Shown here piece by piece: positions 1 through 12,976 of a DNA stretch of 64,000 nt. Every line of letters starts with the position of its first letter. Within the stretch, counting starts at the first letter, position 1. The notes below the pieces were generated by a model that worked only from the letters and a program-made list of their open reading frames with translations, had not been told where the DNA came from and did not search any database. The DNA is from Azolla caroliniana (Eukaryota; Plantae; Polypodiophyta), in assembly GCA_043228905.1 (NCBI GenBank), contig JBHGNT010000010.1, forward strand, positions 17,422,001 through 17,486,000. Direction: 5' to 3'. Made by a program: the position numbers and the translations under genes.

Positions 1-1596
1 TTTGTATACCTAATAGGGGAGGTTAGAGTGGGCATTCTTGCTTCGCATTGATGGTGCTTGTGATGACCTCTGATAGCCCCCTTGAACTGCTAATTCGTCC
101 CAACACTTGTGCATATAGTGCATGTCAGAGGGAATTTTGAGTACATGGAGTCATTGTAGTAGACATACCTTTGAAGTAGCATAATATAAGGATGTGGTTG
201 GTGGTAGGGAAGTGTTGGAGTTCCACTTCAAGTACTACTACTCCAGAAAGTATGACAATGTGGCAAATCATGACAGTTTGATGATTCCATGATTAGAAGG
301 AGAGGCACAATGTTGTGCTTGATTCACGCGATGGGAAGGATAGGGGCAAGTTCGGTTACCGGTTACTGCATTAAAGGGCATTCACCTTGTAGTCTTGTGT
401 GGTCAGACAACCATCCATGTGAGAGGCGCCGGATGGCCTTTTGAACTTTGTATGAGGTATAGAAGGTGGAGGTAGTAGGGGGCGAGACTGATGGTTCTGG
501 TATGAAGGTTTGTGATGTAACATGACGTGAACTGACGAAGAACAATCTTACATGATTGAATTCTCTGATGAGTCACTGTAACTATAGATGCCAAAATGTG
601 CCAGCAATATACAGACCTGCAAATGATTGAAGCTTCAAAATTTGTTATGGAAAGACAAGAAAAATATTGAAGCTTTTCTCTAAACTATGTAAAATTGTAC
701 TAACATAGTTTATGCATTGCAGGACAAGGAGAAAATATTTCTTGCAAAATACTTTTGTGTGAGGCTACATGCAGCAATGGGTGCTGCATTAACCTTGGGT
801 TTTTTTGTGGCTTCTCAGATGCGTCTTGTACTATAGGCCCCCAATGTGGATTGTTGGTAATGCACCAAATATATATTTATTCATTTATTTCATTTTCTGT
901 GCATTTTGAAAAGTGGTCTCATTTTAATTCGTCTTGGTAAAAACAAATTTCTAGGTTCTTCGAAACATTTCTCTACACAAGTTCCTCTTTATAGAACGAT
1001 TGAGGCATGATTAAGGATTGAAATCCGGATGCAAGGTTTGAAATGATTGGGAAGATGGTTCTTTGGAAGGCTATTGGCATGAATTCATATCGTAGATGGG
1101 TCCTTTGAAATGTGCCCAATCATCTTCATCCTTTGACACTAAAGATCTCACACTATTATCAAATGCCCAAGTCAAATTTTGCCATGGCAACACTGCACGT
1201 CCTTCCAATGCTTCTCAATAATTAAATTGGCCATATCAATGAACATTGTAAGATTTAGTAATTAGAATGTTTTAGTCTCGTTCAGAGAAATATGTTTGCA
1301 AAGCTAACTAAATAGAACATAAAAATGTGATTCATTATGTAAGGCAAAAGGTAAGTTCCAGAATCTGCTAATAACTAAAATGTTTAGAGATGTCTGGTAT
1401 GTTTGAATCATATTAAGCATAAAAGGATCCAAGTACATTTGTCAGGGCAGAAATGCCAATTACATCCATTGGATTTAAGGAATGATGTTTTATGTAAATT
1501 ATCAATGGAAGCCAAGTAGCAGCTGTGACAATAATCTATATAAGTCATGTTTATTCTGAAATAACGAGATGAACAATCATGTTCACGAAATGGAAA

Positions 1597-1790
1597 ACCA
1601 CAATCATGTATTAGATAATAGTCTTAAGAATCTTGATGGGAAGATATCAGTCTTGATGTATTAGATATAAGTCTTGAGAATCTTGATGGCAAGATATCAG
1701 TCTTGAGAATCATGGGAAGATACAATCATGTATTAGATATCAGTCTTGATGTATTACATGGACCATGGTCCATGTACATGTAATCTTGAT
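1597..1790. repeat. Short degenerate tandem repeats plus a 22-bp perfect palindrome (1755-1776)
   Basis: Recurrent modules GATATCAGTCTTGA, ATGTATTAGAT and AATCTTGATGG. TACATGGACCATGGTCCATGTA is its own reverse complement. Confidence 0.7.
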
Positions 1791-2322
1791 GGAAAGGCTA
1801 TCGCCATCAACGTGAATGAATGCAAGCTTAGTGAAGACCATGCTTTTAATATTCCATGGTTTTGCATAGAGAGATTCCCCTTCACTCAGTCGACCATGCA
1901 ATACAAATTACAAATGTAAACATATCAAGATATGTACTTGATTGTAAAACTCTAATACTAGAGAGACCTGGTGTTGTCATAGTGTGCATCTTGTAGCAAG
2001 AGGTATGAGAATTTCAACCCCATGTATACCAATCACGATGGTGTGCATGCCATATTGTTCCTCCAGAGTAAATACCATGAACCCAAAATATCTACAATTA
2101 ACAGCATCACTTAAACAAGGGAGTTCCTTGGTGAAAATGGTCCGAACTTGAAGCTCATTATAACCCATAATCTAAGCAATGTCTGAATTAAATCCATAAG
2201 ATGTTTTTGCCATCCATATCCTAGGGAACAGTTTCCTCTAATAGCACATTAATAATGTTTATGCATATGTCAAAGTGACCCAATTAACTAAACCAATCAA
2301 TTGTTAATAGTACATACAATAA

Positions 2323-5300
2323 TCATGAAGATGTTTGATTTGACTCGGATACCTTGACCCATGTTATTTGATTGCAATCACGAACACGACTAGATCGAGA
2401 TACTGCGATTTCAATCCCATGAACTAAAACATGGCCATTATCTACAGTATAAGTTATGAGGCAGGCCTCTAATGCCAGCTTATAGAGTACCAAAGCTGAG
2501 TTAGAGAATTGTTCATCTTCATTGGTTTGGAAATGGGACTGAGTTTTGGACTCAATAGCTTCACTTCTACTTGGGTTCCATTCAATTGATTCATCATCTT
2601 GAGTTAGTGTTTGTGTAAAATCAGCACCATTTCCTTGTGAAGATTCCTCATCCGTGGTTGCTGATGAGCTCTTTGGATTTGTTCTTTGCCTCAAAGAACG
2701 TATATCTCGTGACAGTACTTGCTCGACTAATTGCTGAAATTCTCGAGGAGTTGAATACATTGATTGTTTGCCCTAAAACATATTTCCAGTCATGTATGGA
2801 AATGAAAATAAAACACGAGAAACAGAACCAGGGATTTAATCGAGAATTTACCAAAATTTCCCAACTTTTGGCAAGATCATCACAAAATTTTGGCGTGAAC
2901 TGAACCGATGCTAGGGCAATGGGATCATCTCCACCACCAGCCTAAAGCATACATAAGCATTTGGTTTAGCCTCCATATGGAGCAGAATTGATGAACCATA
3001 TCCGCATATTGATACTTGCCTTCACCCAGGATGGTGCCATTGCATCTGGAATAGAATCACAGTAAGGTAGATACGGCTTTACATCAAGCACTGGCTGTCA
3101 TAAATATAAAAAACATCAGCTATGTAGTAAATTAATGAGTTTCCACAGGCTCTCATTGGTATTTAAACTATTCCTGTATTCCAACCATGAGTTACAGCTT
3201 TCATCAAGAATTCAAGAACGAAACATTTGTAAAGATGATCAACGTACTGTGCCATCAACAATGTCTGCACCAGAGATGAAAAGCATGCGCCCATGGACAC
3301 CCTCCACCTTGGAAAGAATAATACAAGTAACCTGTGTTAAATGCGTGAGCCTAGAGAGGTCCTCATTAGAAGTTCGCTGGTGTAAATTTTGAACTGAACA
3401 ATCTAAAGTAATAAATGAGCATACAATGCATATTCACTCATCCTAAATGTGATTCCTATTACCAATACATTAAACATCCTTATAAAAAGTACAACAGCAA
3501 TTATCTATATTCACCTTAGCCACTGACAACCCAATTGGGCATGGTCGATGTGGCGTTCGAGTAGCATATACACCCATTTTTCCCCCATCAAGTCTAGGTA
3601 CTCGCACCTATCTACATTTAAATGCATGCTTCAGTATTAGGAGTCCAATCTCTTAAGATTTAAAATACAGACTAACATATAAAAGATGGAAATACAAATT
3701 TTATAGAGTTTTTCACGAAATAAGACATTACCTTTGCCTTGAAATCCTTATGGTTTGGATGCTTCCAAATATGCGGAAGATCTGTATTGGCATGAAAAAT
3801 GTAGAGTAACCAACAGTGTGAATATTCAGTTAAGCCATCAAAAGCAGTGGCAGGCACACCGCCAGGGGACAGTGTTAAGCATGCCTTTGCCAGTGGAACA
3901 AGCAATGGTTGGCGTGGAGTACCATTTCTGTAGGAATTGTCATATAGAAAGATTATTAAATCCTTAACTAAATATATATATCATAAGAATGATTCACATT
4001 ATAGCCAGGCTTCAGTAAATTATGTAAAACATAGTAGAGTGAATATGAGCTGAGGGCACATAGGCGAAAGAGTTTCCATACCTTGTGGAAAAGCAAGATT
4101 CAATGAAACCAATGGGAGCCATGGGATATGAAGAATTCACTCCATCCAAAGTCTTCTTGTCTACTAAAGTCTCCCTCAGAGCCTGCCATACAAATCATGT
4201 TGTGTTCAGGCGTCAATGCTAATTTATCCCCAAAACAAAGAAGGATAACTGTTTAATTCTTTAGAACGGTTCATCTATCTTTGGTCTAAAATTTCTGAGT
4301 AACCTAATATTCTCCAAAAAAGAATATTAACTGAGGTTTTTATAAAGGTAACCCAATGAACAAGAAAAATAGGTTTCATAACGGCAGAATAAGGTTTTGA
4401 CGTTAAGCTTTGACGAAGTATATTATGAATTGAATTAACATAGTAAGAAGAATTTCTCCATAAAATAATATGGAAGTTTAACTAAAGAAACTAAAACACT
4501 AAGAGCTAAATTCCATATTTCAAAAAATGAAGTTAGTTTTCAACTATAAGAATGGATCTTTCAGAGGCATTTGAAACATAAACTAGAAGAGAACCTTGAA
4601 TTGAAAGCAAATACAGTAAACCTTCAAACTAATAAAAAGAGAATTTGTTTGAGACATGATGTAAGACTCAGATTTCAGGAAATCGCAAGTTAGGATCATA
4701 TACTGAGACCAAGCACAGATCAAAATCAGTATGAAACATGATGCAAGACATAGAGTTTAGAAGCGGCAGATTAGAAATGAAGCATGTATGCTTAATGACG
4801 GTTCAGCAATCCATGATACAGAAAAGCATTTCAGATCCATCATTAACTAATCCAACATAAAGAAAATGATCTTGCAAAGGTATTCAACACATGCATCAGA
4901 GGGAACCTTGAAAACTAACACAATAAATCAGTAAAAAGGAAAAGCATATTGTACATTATAGGAAAAAGCATATCAGAAACAAGCCTTGGAACCAAGCACG
5001 CTAAACCTTCGATCTAGTAAGAAAAAGAAAGCTTCAAACTAGCAAAAAGGGAACAATTTTAACTGTGATAATGTATACAGACCATAAAGTTAGGACCAAA
5101 ACTTTAAACCAAAGAAGTCCCGGTAAAAAGCTTCAAATAGAAGAAAAGAAAGCAGATTGAACAACGATGCCAAACACAAGTTTTATGGAAAGGAAAGTTA
5201 CAAACAAAAAAAAGATATGTGCTGTACGCACGAGGAATGGAGGTTGGAGATATACTAATATCTGGCCCTGACGCGTCTATTTCGACTGGGAATGCCTTAC

Positions 5301-6198
5301 CTCTGAGTGCGATTTGAAGAAACAAATACTATAAATTTTCAAACTAGTCAAACGAATTCAAAACGCGATAGAGGACATTGATTTTTCGTGGAAGACAAAT
5401 TAGAACCAAAAACTAAAACTTTGAACTAAAAGGGAACAAAGATAGGTAAGAGAGTTTTAAAACAATAAAAACGAAAACAATATGATGCAAAACATAGATT
5501 TTTGAAGGAAAAGTTATGCTAGAAACAAAAAACTAAAACTAAAGAAAGGAAAGCTGTTTGAGCAGCCAAGAAGAACATGAATTTTATAGAAATGGTGTAT
5601 TAAGACCGATGCCTGAAACTAAAACTTCGAATAAAAACATGTCCTGGGACCGAAACCTGCACAGAAGCTTCAAATTAAAGCTGAAACAAGCACAATAAAT
5701 ATTCAAGTAGTGCAAAGGAAATCAGTTGGATCTGTGATGCAAAACATATATTCTTGGAGAATACATACGACCACCAATTTCAAAGCTAAAAAGAAGAAGA
5801 AGAAGAAGAAGAAGAAGAAGCGGAAACGCTGATCAACGCCTGTAAATGGACGGAAATAGAAAGGTGCGTGTACCTGTTGAGCTCGAATGCGACCTTTGCG
5901 TTCGGCAGCTCTCTGCTCAACAGAAACTTCCAAAGATTTCTCTAGTTCCAAGATTCTGCATTTCATCTTTCGGAGACTGCTACGCCATTTCCACAGTACT
6001 ATTTGAGTACGGCATCAGAAAGTCCTATGGTTAGAAGATAGGGGGGTGGGGGGGGGGGGGAAGAAGGAAAGAAGAAAAGAAGAAAAGAAGGTAAAAGAGT
6101 TACAAACCAAGAAGGGAAGATGCGCCAGAGACAAGAGAAGCAGCTGCTGTGAGGAAGAAGAGGAAGGAGGAAGGACTTCGAGTCTGCGACGACGACAT
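2323..6198 (-). CDS. TRMO: TsaA-like/TRMO tRNA (adenine37-N6)-methyltransferase, 9 exons, about 426 aa
   Basis: Exons (minus): 6198-6108, 5998-5874, 4182-4082, 3927-3732, 3607-3515, 3307-3248, 3094-3020, 2941-2852, 2772-2323. All phases are compatible. The spliced protein has an N-terminal hydrophobic segment and coiled coil ([22 protein letters not shown]), then the TsaA-family motifs [94 protein letters not shown] and QVLSRDIRS. Intron 7 is GC-AG. Confidence 0.92.
5791..5820. repeat. (AAG)n microsatellite in TRMO intron 2
   Basis: About 10 AAG units read directly. Confidence 0.9.
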
Positions 6199-6424
6199 AG
6201 CTTCGCGGGAGCGGCAGGCAACTGCGGCTTCTTCTTCTTCTTCTTCTTTGTCTGCTGCAGTTGCGACTGGCGACTTCTGATGCCATTAAACCTTTGAGAG
6301 AGAGAGAGAGAGAGTGAATGAACGAATGAAGGTTTGTTAAATGAAGAAATTACGAAGTTAGGCCTCCACTCATTCATTTCAATGTGTCTTCACGAGTGGC
6401 CGGGCCGGCCTTCTCTTCTTCTTG

Positions 6425-6802
6425 TGGGCAATTCAGTTTGAACCGAACCGAACCGAAATGAAAATCGCAGCTTAACGGCTTAAACTGTTCAGCTCGGTTC
6501 GGTTCAAGTTCACGTTTTTTTTAACAGTTTTTGGTTTTAATAGTTAGAAACCGCGGTTTAACGGTTTTTTATTTTTATTTTTTTGAATTCTTAACTTTTC
6601 TTTTAGACAATCTTTTCATTTTCAAGCCTTATTCTCATATTTAGGAAAATCTTTAAATTTTTAAATTTTGGATTTTGACCTAAGTTGAAAACCAAGACTG
6701 AACCACGAAAACGCGATTTGAATTTTTTTAAACGGTTTCATGGTTCGATTCAAGTTTCAAAATTTTTAAACTGTTCGATTTTGACATTCGAACCATTGCC
6801 GA
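6425..6802. mobile_element. Probable degenerate hAT-type MITE immediately upstream of TRMO
   Basis: Clusters of AACCG/CGGTT/AACGG subterminal-like motifs at both ends around a T-rich core. TIR and TSD are not cleanly resolved. Confidence 0.4.
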
Positions 6803-7949
6803 TTGTTACTTGTCCAAGGGAAAAACACGAGAACAAAGAACAAATTCACTGATCAGCAAAAACACGAGAACATGACCAAAGCAATTTTTGGAGATGTTTC
6901 ATGAGTGCTCAGCTCGCTTGGGTAGAGAATAATGTAGACCAAAGCACCTTCCAAAATCCACCCGAGTGATCCTTGAACGCATAACCCCTGACAAAAATCC
7001 AAAGGTAATCATTTGCATGTAGAGAGACTAGTTTACGTTGATGTTATTGTCATTGAAGACCTTCTGGGTTTGTTGATGCTTCCCACACATTACGGGATAG
7101 GCGTGGTACAGTGTTGGCAAGTGTAGAGAGATTAGAGTTTGGTACTCGCCTCTATGTGATATGAATGATCCCACTACCATCTATGTTTGGTGTGAGCATT
7201 ATGGAGCCACGATTATCCTAGAGTATCCTCCAGATTGTTGGATGTAGTGTAAGGGCATCCATCCATGTCAATCATGACTTCCTTGATGGTCAAGTAGCAA
7301 ATATGCGAGCCATGTGCACCCAAAATGAACCTAAACTAGTTACTTCAAATTGTAGACATGTGCACTCTCTTAGGACATTGACCCCATCCATATATGCCAT
7401 CAAAAAATGTCTTTGGGGACAATATGAAGTGTAGGGTGGTGTTCCCTGAAAACCCGTCTTCCTTCACTTAACCGATGTTGTTTATCCTTCTGAAGGTTAC
7501 ACTCGAGTTCGTTCTACAATCTACCCTCTTGTTGGCGAGCTGAGAGGAAGTTATCATCGATTACCTCCAAGTTTCGAACAAATACTTTAGCTCTAAAATT
7601 AAATCTCATACGAATATTATTTAGTCAAGGAAACAACCACTTAATGACAATACTTAATTATTATTCTTAATCGAGTTAAGGAACATGCAAGTCTTAAGAC
7701 GAAATTATTGGTAGTTTTCTAAAAATTCATTAATCAACAATAGAATATTGCTTGGGCCTGAGAACAACATGGACTTCAATTCATAGGCCTTGGGAACGTG
7801 TATTAGCAACCTTTAACTTCTCAACAAGTGCTTGGTACTTAGTCAAGAAGTATTTATTTGGAATTTATTTCTTCTTCTTTTCTTTTCTTTTTCCACAACA
7901 AAATATGCTTCGTTACTCAAATTCTACATACATGCCGGCTTGAATAGGC

Positions 7950-8200
7950 TAACAACATTACAATGGTTGTAGCCATGACGAGCTATTATTTTCTTTTCAG
8001 CTTTTGCACCTGAATTCCAATGAATCCTCCAAATTTCTTGCATCTTACCAAACTTGGTTCGTAAACATGAACTCCACAATCGATGGACTTCTCCCTAAGT
8101 AACGTTGTTGCCCTACCAGCATCCATATCACAAAGTAATGTTGATGCCATGCCAAAGCCCATAGCACCAATTCCATCATATCCAACATGATGTTGTGATA
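7950..8200 (-). pseudogene. Fragment of an NAD-binding 3-hydroxyacid dehydrogenase domain (ketose-bisphosphate aldolase class-II/HIBADH-like protein)
   Basis: HVGYDGIGAMGFGMASTLL...GVHVYEPSLVRCKKFGG resembles the remembered family motif IGFIGLGAMGFGMAAHLL...GYDVYKPTLVRFENAGG. It is degraded, has a small internal duplication, and no further exons are recognisable nearby. Confidence 0.6.
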
Positions 8201-8299
8201 TATCTTCTTTCACAATGATTCCTTGATCGTTGCTGCATCTAAGAGTTCATCATATCCAGATGAACCTACCATATGAAAATACTGGTTCTCTACTACAAT

Positions 8300-9300
8300 C
8301 CAATCTCCTCAGACCCTCATGAAAATTTGTTTCTGCCTCCGCCATCATCTTCGCTCGTCGTTGTATAAACTAATAAATAAATAAATCTACTTCAAAATAA
8401 TTCCACATCAGCCATCTCACCATTTTCCATCAAATTCCTATATAGACAACAAAGAAAATGAATAAGTTGTCCTCATCCACTCATGACATTTTGCTTCAAC
8501 CCTTGACAACATCTTCACTCATCCTTTCAAAAGTAAATCAGCTTCCTTTTCCACAACATCCATCTTGCCATTCATCGCTTGAGTCCTATATCTCTCTATT
8601 TTCAGCAATTTTCTATACATACACAAAACAGAATGAAGACACTAGACTCCTCGAACCCTCATAAAACCTTGCTTCTGCCTCCGCCACCATCTTCACTCAT
8701 CGTTCTAAAAACTGAAAATAAATAAGACTGCTTCAAAAAAAAACTTCCACATCAACCATCTCGCCATTTTTCATCAAAATCTTGTATAGACAACAAGCAA
8801 AACGAATCAGTTGTCCTCATCCACTCGTGAAATTCTGCTTTAACTCTCTACAACATCCTCACTCATCCTTTCAAAATTAAATCAGCTTCATTTTCTACTA
8901 CAAACGTATTGTCATTCATTGCTCGAGTCTTGTACCTACAAAAACGAGAATGAATCCATTCTCCTCAAACCCTCATGAAACCTTGCTACTGCCTCTGCCA
9001 CCATCTTCACTCATCGTTCTAAAAACTGAAAATAAATAAGTCTTCTTCAAAAAATTCCCATCAAAATCATGTATAGCCAACAAGCAAAACGAATTAGTTG
9101 TCCTCATCCACTCTCTACAACATTCTCACTCATCCTTTCAAAATAATCAACTTCATTTTCCACTACAACCATCTTGTCATTCATTGCTGGAATCCTGTAC
9201 CTACAAAAACCAAAATGAATCCACTCTCCTCAAACCCTCATAAACCTTGCTTCTACCTCAGCCACCATCTTCACTCGTCATTCTAAAAACTGAAAACAAA
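8300..9300. repeat. Degenerate tandem repeat, about 3.2 units of 265-345 bp
   Basis: The anchor CCCTCATRAAA..TTG(C/T)TTCT(G/A)CCTC.GCCA.CATCTTC recurs at about 8314, 8657, 8970 and 9235. Confidence 0.85.
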
Positions 9301-11689
9301 CTAGAACATCAAAGGTCAATGCAAAGTTTAACACAAAATAAAGCAAGAGAGTAAAGAGAAGAATTAAGCATTTAAGAAAAATTAGCCAGCTAGCTAAAAG
9401 TGTTATTGATACTGTAAAATTAAATAAAAATATTATGCTAAACAAATTTAATTTTTTTTTAGGGTTGGACACCTTTCTCCACTAGTGTTTCACTGTTTTG
9501 TACACCCAAGAGCTCATGGAATAGGTTATGGGTCTAAGCCAAATACAATTCAAGGTCATTACCAATTATTGGTTCCCAATAGAAGCCAAACTCCCACATA
9601 ATTTGTCTATGTTGTCCCCACCACACAAGACATTTGTCACACCCTAAACATGTTTGGAAAGAGTGAAAGAATGATAAATTATATTGGCTAAAGTTAGCCA
9701 ACACCAATGCAATAAAACAACCTTTTTGATATTGATTGAACACAAACTAACCCTGCCACAACCTTACAATGCACCCTTCAACATGCCATCAAGTCTAGTT
9801 TCACGCCACAATAGTAATAGTTACTTGTCTCTAAGTTTCTTTTAATTTAATTTAAAGTAATTCCCATTTCTTGGTTTTCCTTAACCTCTATCATGCTTCA
9901 ACCATCAACTCCCTCTCTTCTCCTCCTCATCCCTTTTCAATTCAATCCAATCTTGTTTCAACTCCACTTTCCTCCATCCATACTCAAGTAGTCGCCACTC
10001 ATTGCTCCTATTCTCTATTGTGTGTGTTATTCCCTCGGTTCACACTAAATCATTTCCTTGACTATAGACAATATGTGATAGCCCTCTAGAAATAAATCAT
10101 CGATGTCTCTTCAATGACGAAACATGTATAGTTCATCTATGAGAAATCATACCCACCTTGTTGACAAATCCTTATTGAATTATATACCGATGTGGTCTTT
10201 TTCGCTACTAACTACAAACTATGAATTATCTACGAGCTACATTGAAAAGCACATAAGTTATGTGACAAAATGGAGCATGAAACCCCCACACTCTTTATCT
10301 CAAGCTGAAGGATTTAGGACCCTCTTGTATCAGTTTTTTGGGAAAATAACTCAAAACAACCATCTAGATTATGAACATCGAGATGCACTTGAAGTACCAA
10401 GAGCCTCCCTCTTTATAGACACTGACAACTCTAGGGCTCGAAGTTTTCCACGACATGAACCCTTGGGAAGTTCACTTTGAACTCATTTGATGCGTTTTTT
10501 AATGGCACAACAAAACAATAGTGTAGGTTAGCGTGAAAGTTTTTTATGACAAACCCCCAATCAACATATAGTTATTGGTAAATGACTTTCACCAATCCCT
10601 TAGAGGTGCACTAGTTTGAATAAAACAGAACTTGTTTGTAATACATGCCAGTTCATCATGGTTGTTTAAAATATTTGTTAGGTGGTTCCACTTTTGGGGA
10701 AGGTGTGCATTTTTTGTTCTTAGAGAAAAGTCTCATTTCCTAGTTAAAAGATTGCTTTAAAGTGGAAAGCAAAGTTCAAAGCATCTTCTTGCAAGTGATT
10801 CATGTTGTACCAAAATGTTTTGTGGATTTGAAAGGAAAGAAGGACGGTGCCACTAAAATTTGTAGTGAAGCTCTAAGACGTTTGTCGAGTGTTTGCCCAT
10901 ATCTCATATCTTAATAGTGGAGGAAAAGTTCATTCCAATCAATTGATGATTCATATTATGGGTAGCAAAGCTCAATCCCAAAGAGGGAGGCTCAAATATT
11001 CATTTGTGTACAATAGTATATGGTCAAAGTGCAAATCAAGTTTGAGCTTCAAAGACGTTTGGTGTTGCGTCTTTCAATTTTCCCTAATTCTCACTCTCAT
11101 CCCTTTTTAAGTTCAATACTTCTCCAATATGAGCTTTCAAGATTCTCATCATTCCATTACCAAACCATTCTTGAGGCCCTTGCTTTCACCCTCTTCGTTT
11201 TCGTTGTCTTCATTGTTGGCCAATTTGTTATTCATGATGTGGAGGTGTGTGTCACGGATAGATAATATGCACAAGAGACTAGAAGAAAATCAAATGAATG
11301 AGTTGATGAATTGGAAGATTATGTAATTGGTATTGTTCACCTTGATTGTAATCTAGGTGAACACACGTATTTATAGAGGTTATGAGATTGAATATCTCTA
11401 GAATATACCCGAGAAAAATCTCTAGAATATACCCGTCTAAAATATCTCATAAAATATTTCTAGAACATACTAAAGACTATAATATTATGGAATGTACTAT
11501 ATGCCAGACTATACAATACATGCTCATATCAAAATGGTTGAGCATGACATATTGTTGACGTGAGGTTGTAGGTTCAATCTCAACAACAATGCGTTTTATG
11601 TCATGATGTCGTGACATTATCATTCCCTTTACGACCACCTTTTCAAAAGCATGGTGTAGGGGTGAGCTGAAAAAGAAACCGAAGTAGAT

Positions 11690-12275
11690 TGATAAGTGAG
11701 TGACCATGAGCAATCGTCACCAGAAATAAGAACACGAGTGAACGTGAGCGACCATGTGTGGTCCTCATTAGGAAGTGGAGCACCAACGGGCATGATTAAC
11801 CATTTGTTGTCCGCATTGGAGATTGGAATACCAACAAGCATGACTGACCACGTGCGATCCTCACCAAGAACTAGAACACGAGTGGGCATGGGAGACCATG
11901 TGCGATCCTCATCGGGAACAAGAACACCAACGGGCGTGAGTGACCATGTGCGGCCCTCACCAGGAACTAGAACACGAACAGATGTGAGCGACTATGTGAG
12001 GTCCTCACTGAAGACTGGAATATCATCGACTGTGAGTGACCATGTGCAATCATCAACAGGAACAAAAACATCAACGACCGTGAGGAACCATGTGCAGACT
12101 TCGTCGGGAATGGGAACACGAATGGATGTGAGTGATTGTGTGCGGTCCTCACTAGGAACTAGAACACCAATGGGCGTGTGCGACCATGTGTGGTCCTCAC
12201 CAAGAATTGGAACACCATTGGGTGTGAGTGACCATGTGCGGTCCTCACTGGGAACTAGAACACCAAAGGGCGAAG
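11690..12275. repeat. 12 x 48-bp tandem array inside the solo LTR
   Basis: A GACCATGTG-like core occurs at 11702, 11750, 11798, 11846, 11894, 11942, 11990, 12038, 12086, 12134, 12182 and 12230, an exact 48-bp period with no indels. Confidence 0.95.
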
Positions 12276-12925
12276 CAGTCAACTCGACTTCTTCTATCAT
12301 GAGAGGGTAAATAGTCGACGTTGACCCAAAACACAACACAAACGGTAGCGTTAGCGAGAAACCAACGCGATCCCCATCAGGGAAGTGAATGGTTGTGACC
12401 CCCACTGGAACTAGAAGCGATTGAAATTGATCCTCATCAAATGAAAGTGGAGAGAAACTTGAACCAAAAGGAAAATGAAGTGCAAGAGAACAATGATTCG
12501 ATCCCCACCGAGAAAACTTGAGCAATTGTAACCCCCAGCGGAATTGGGAGTGTGAGCGATCAAAATCAATCCTCGCCAAAATCATGATGCAAAATTATAC
12601 CTATAGATGATGAGTCCAATGACAATGAAGAGGGTGGAACAATGATGAGAAAGACCATGCAAAGTAGTGTTGATGATGATGAAGATTGGGCGAAGTAGCA
12701 TTTCATGAAGACAACGAGTGGTGCTGAAAATAATGATGATGAGGAAGCATCTCTGGAAACAACGACTATGAATATGGTGATGATGGTGTTGCTAGAAGCA
12801 ATCACGACTATGACGAGGATGTTGATGACGATAACTCTAGAAACAACAACGGTGATGATGGTGTCTTTGGAAGAAAATATGGAGGCAATGAAGAAGACGA
12901 GATGCATCTAGTTGGAAGGTGAACT

Positions 12926-12976
12926 AGAAGGTTCTAGAATATTCTAATGGATGTACGTCAACTCACACTATAAATA
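12926..12976 (+). promoter_or_regulatory. Perfect 4-unit heat-shock element plus TATA box of the solo LTR
   Basis: aGAAggTTCtaGAAtaTTCt (12926-12945) matches nGAAnnTTCnnGAAnnTTCn. TATAAATA starts at 12969. Confidence 0.75.

Noticed and set aside
1-1260. Possible minus-strand exons (acceptor-like TTTGCAG near 617)
   Set aside because: No sustained open frame or recognisable motif; cannot be assigned.
5999-6377. ORFs 5999-6286, 6015-6377 and 6046-6297 as genes or as the TRMO start
   Set aside because: Low-complexity frames across the 5' UTR and intron 1. The ATG at 6198 gives the family-like N-terminus and in-phase splicing.
11690-12275. Regular 48-bp array as a CRISPR-like repeat-spacer locus
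   Set aside because: Whole units are homologous with no unique spacers, there are no cas genes, and it lies inside a TSD-flanked plant LTR.
12566-12911. Hydrophobic and Met/Thr-rich ORFs as small proteins
   Set aside because: Frames of a GAT-rich low-complexity LTR tract with no homology evidence.
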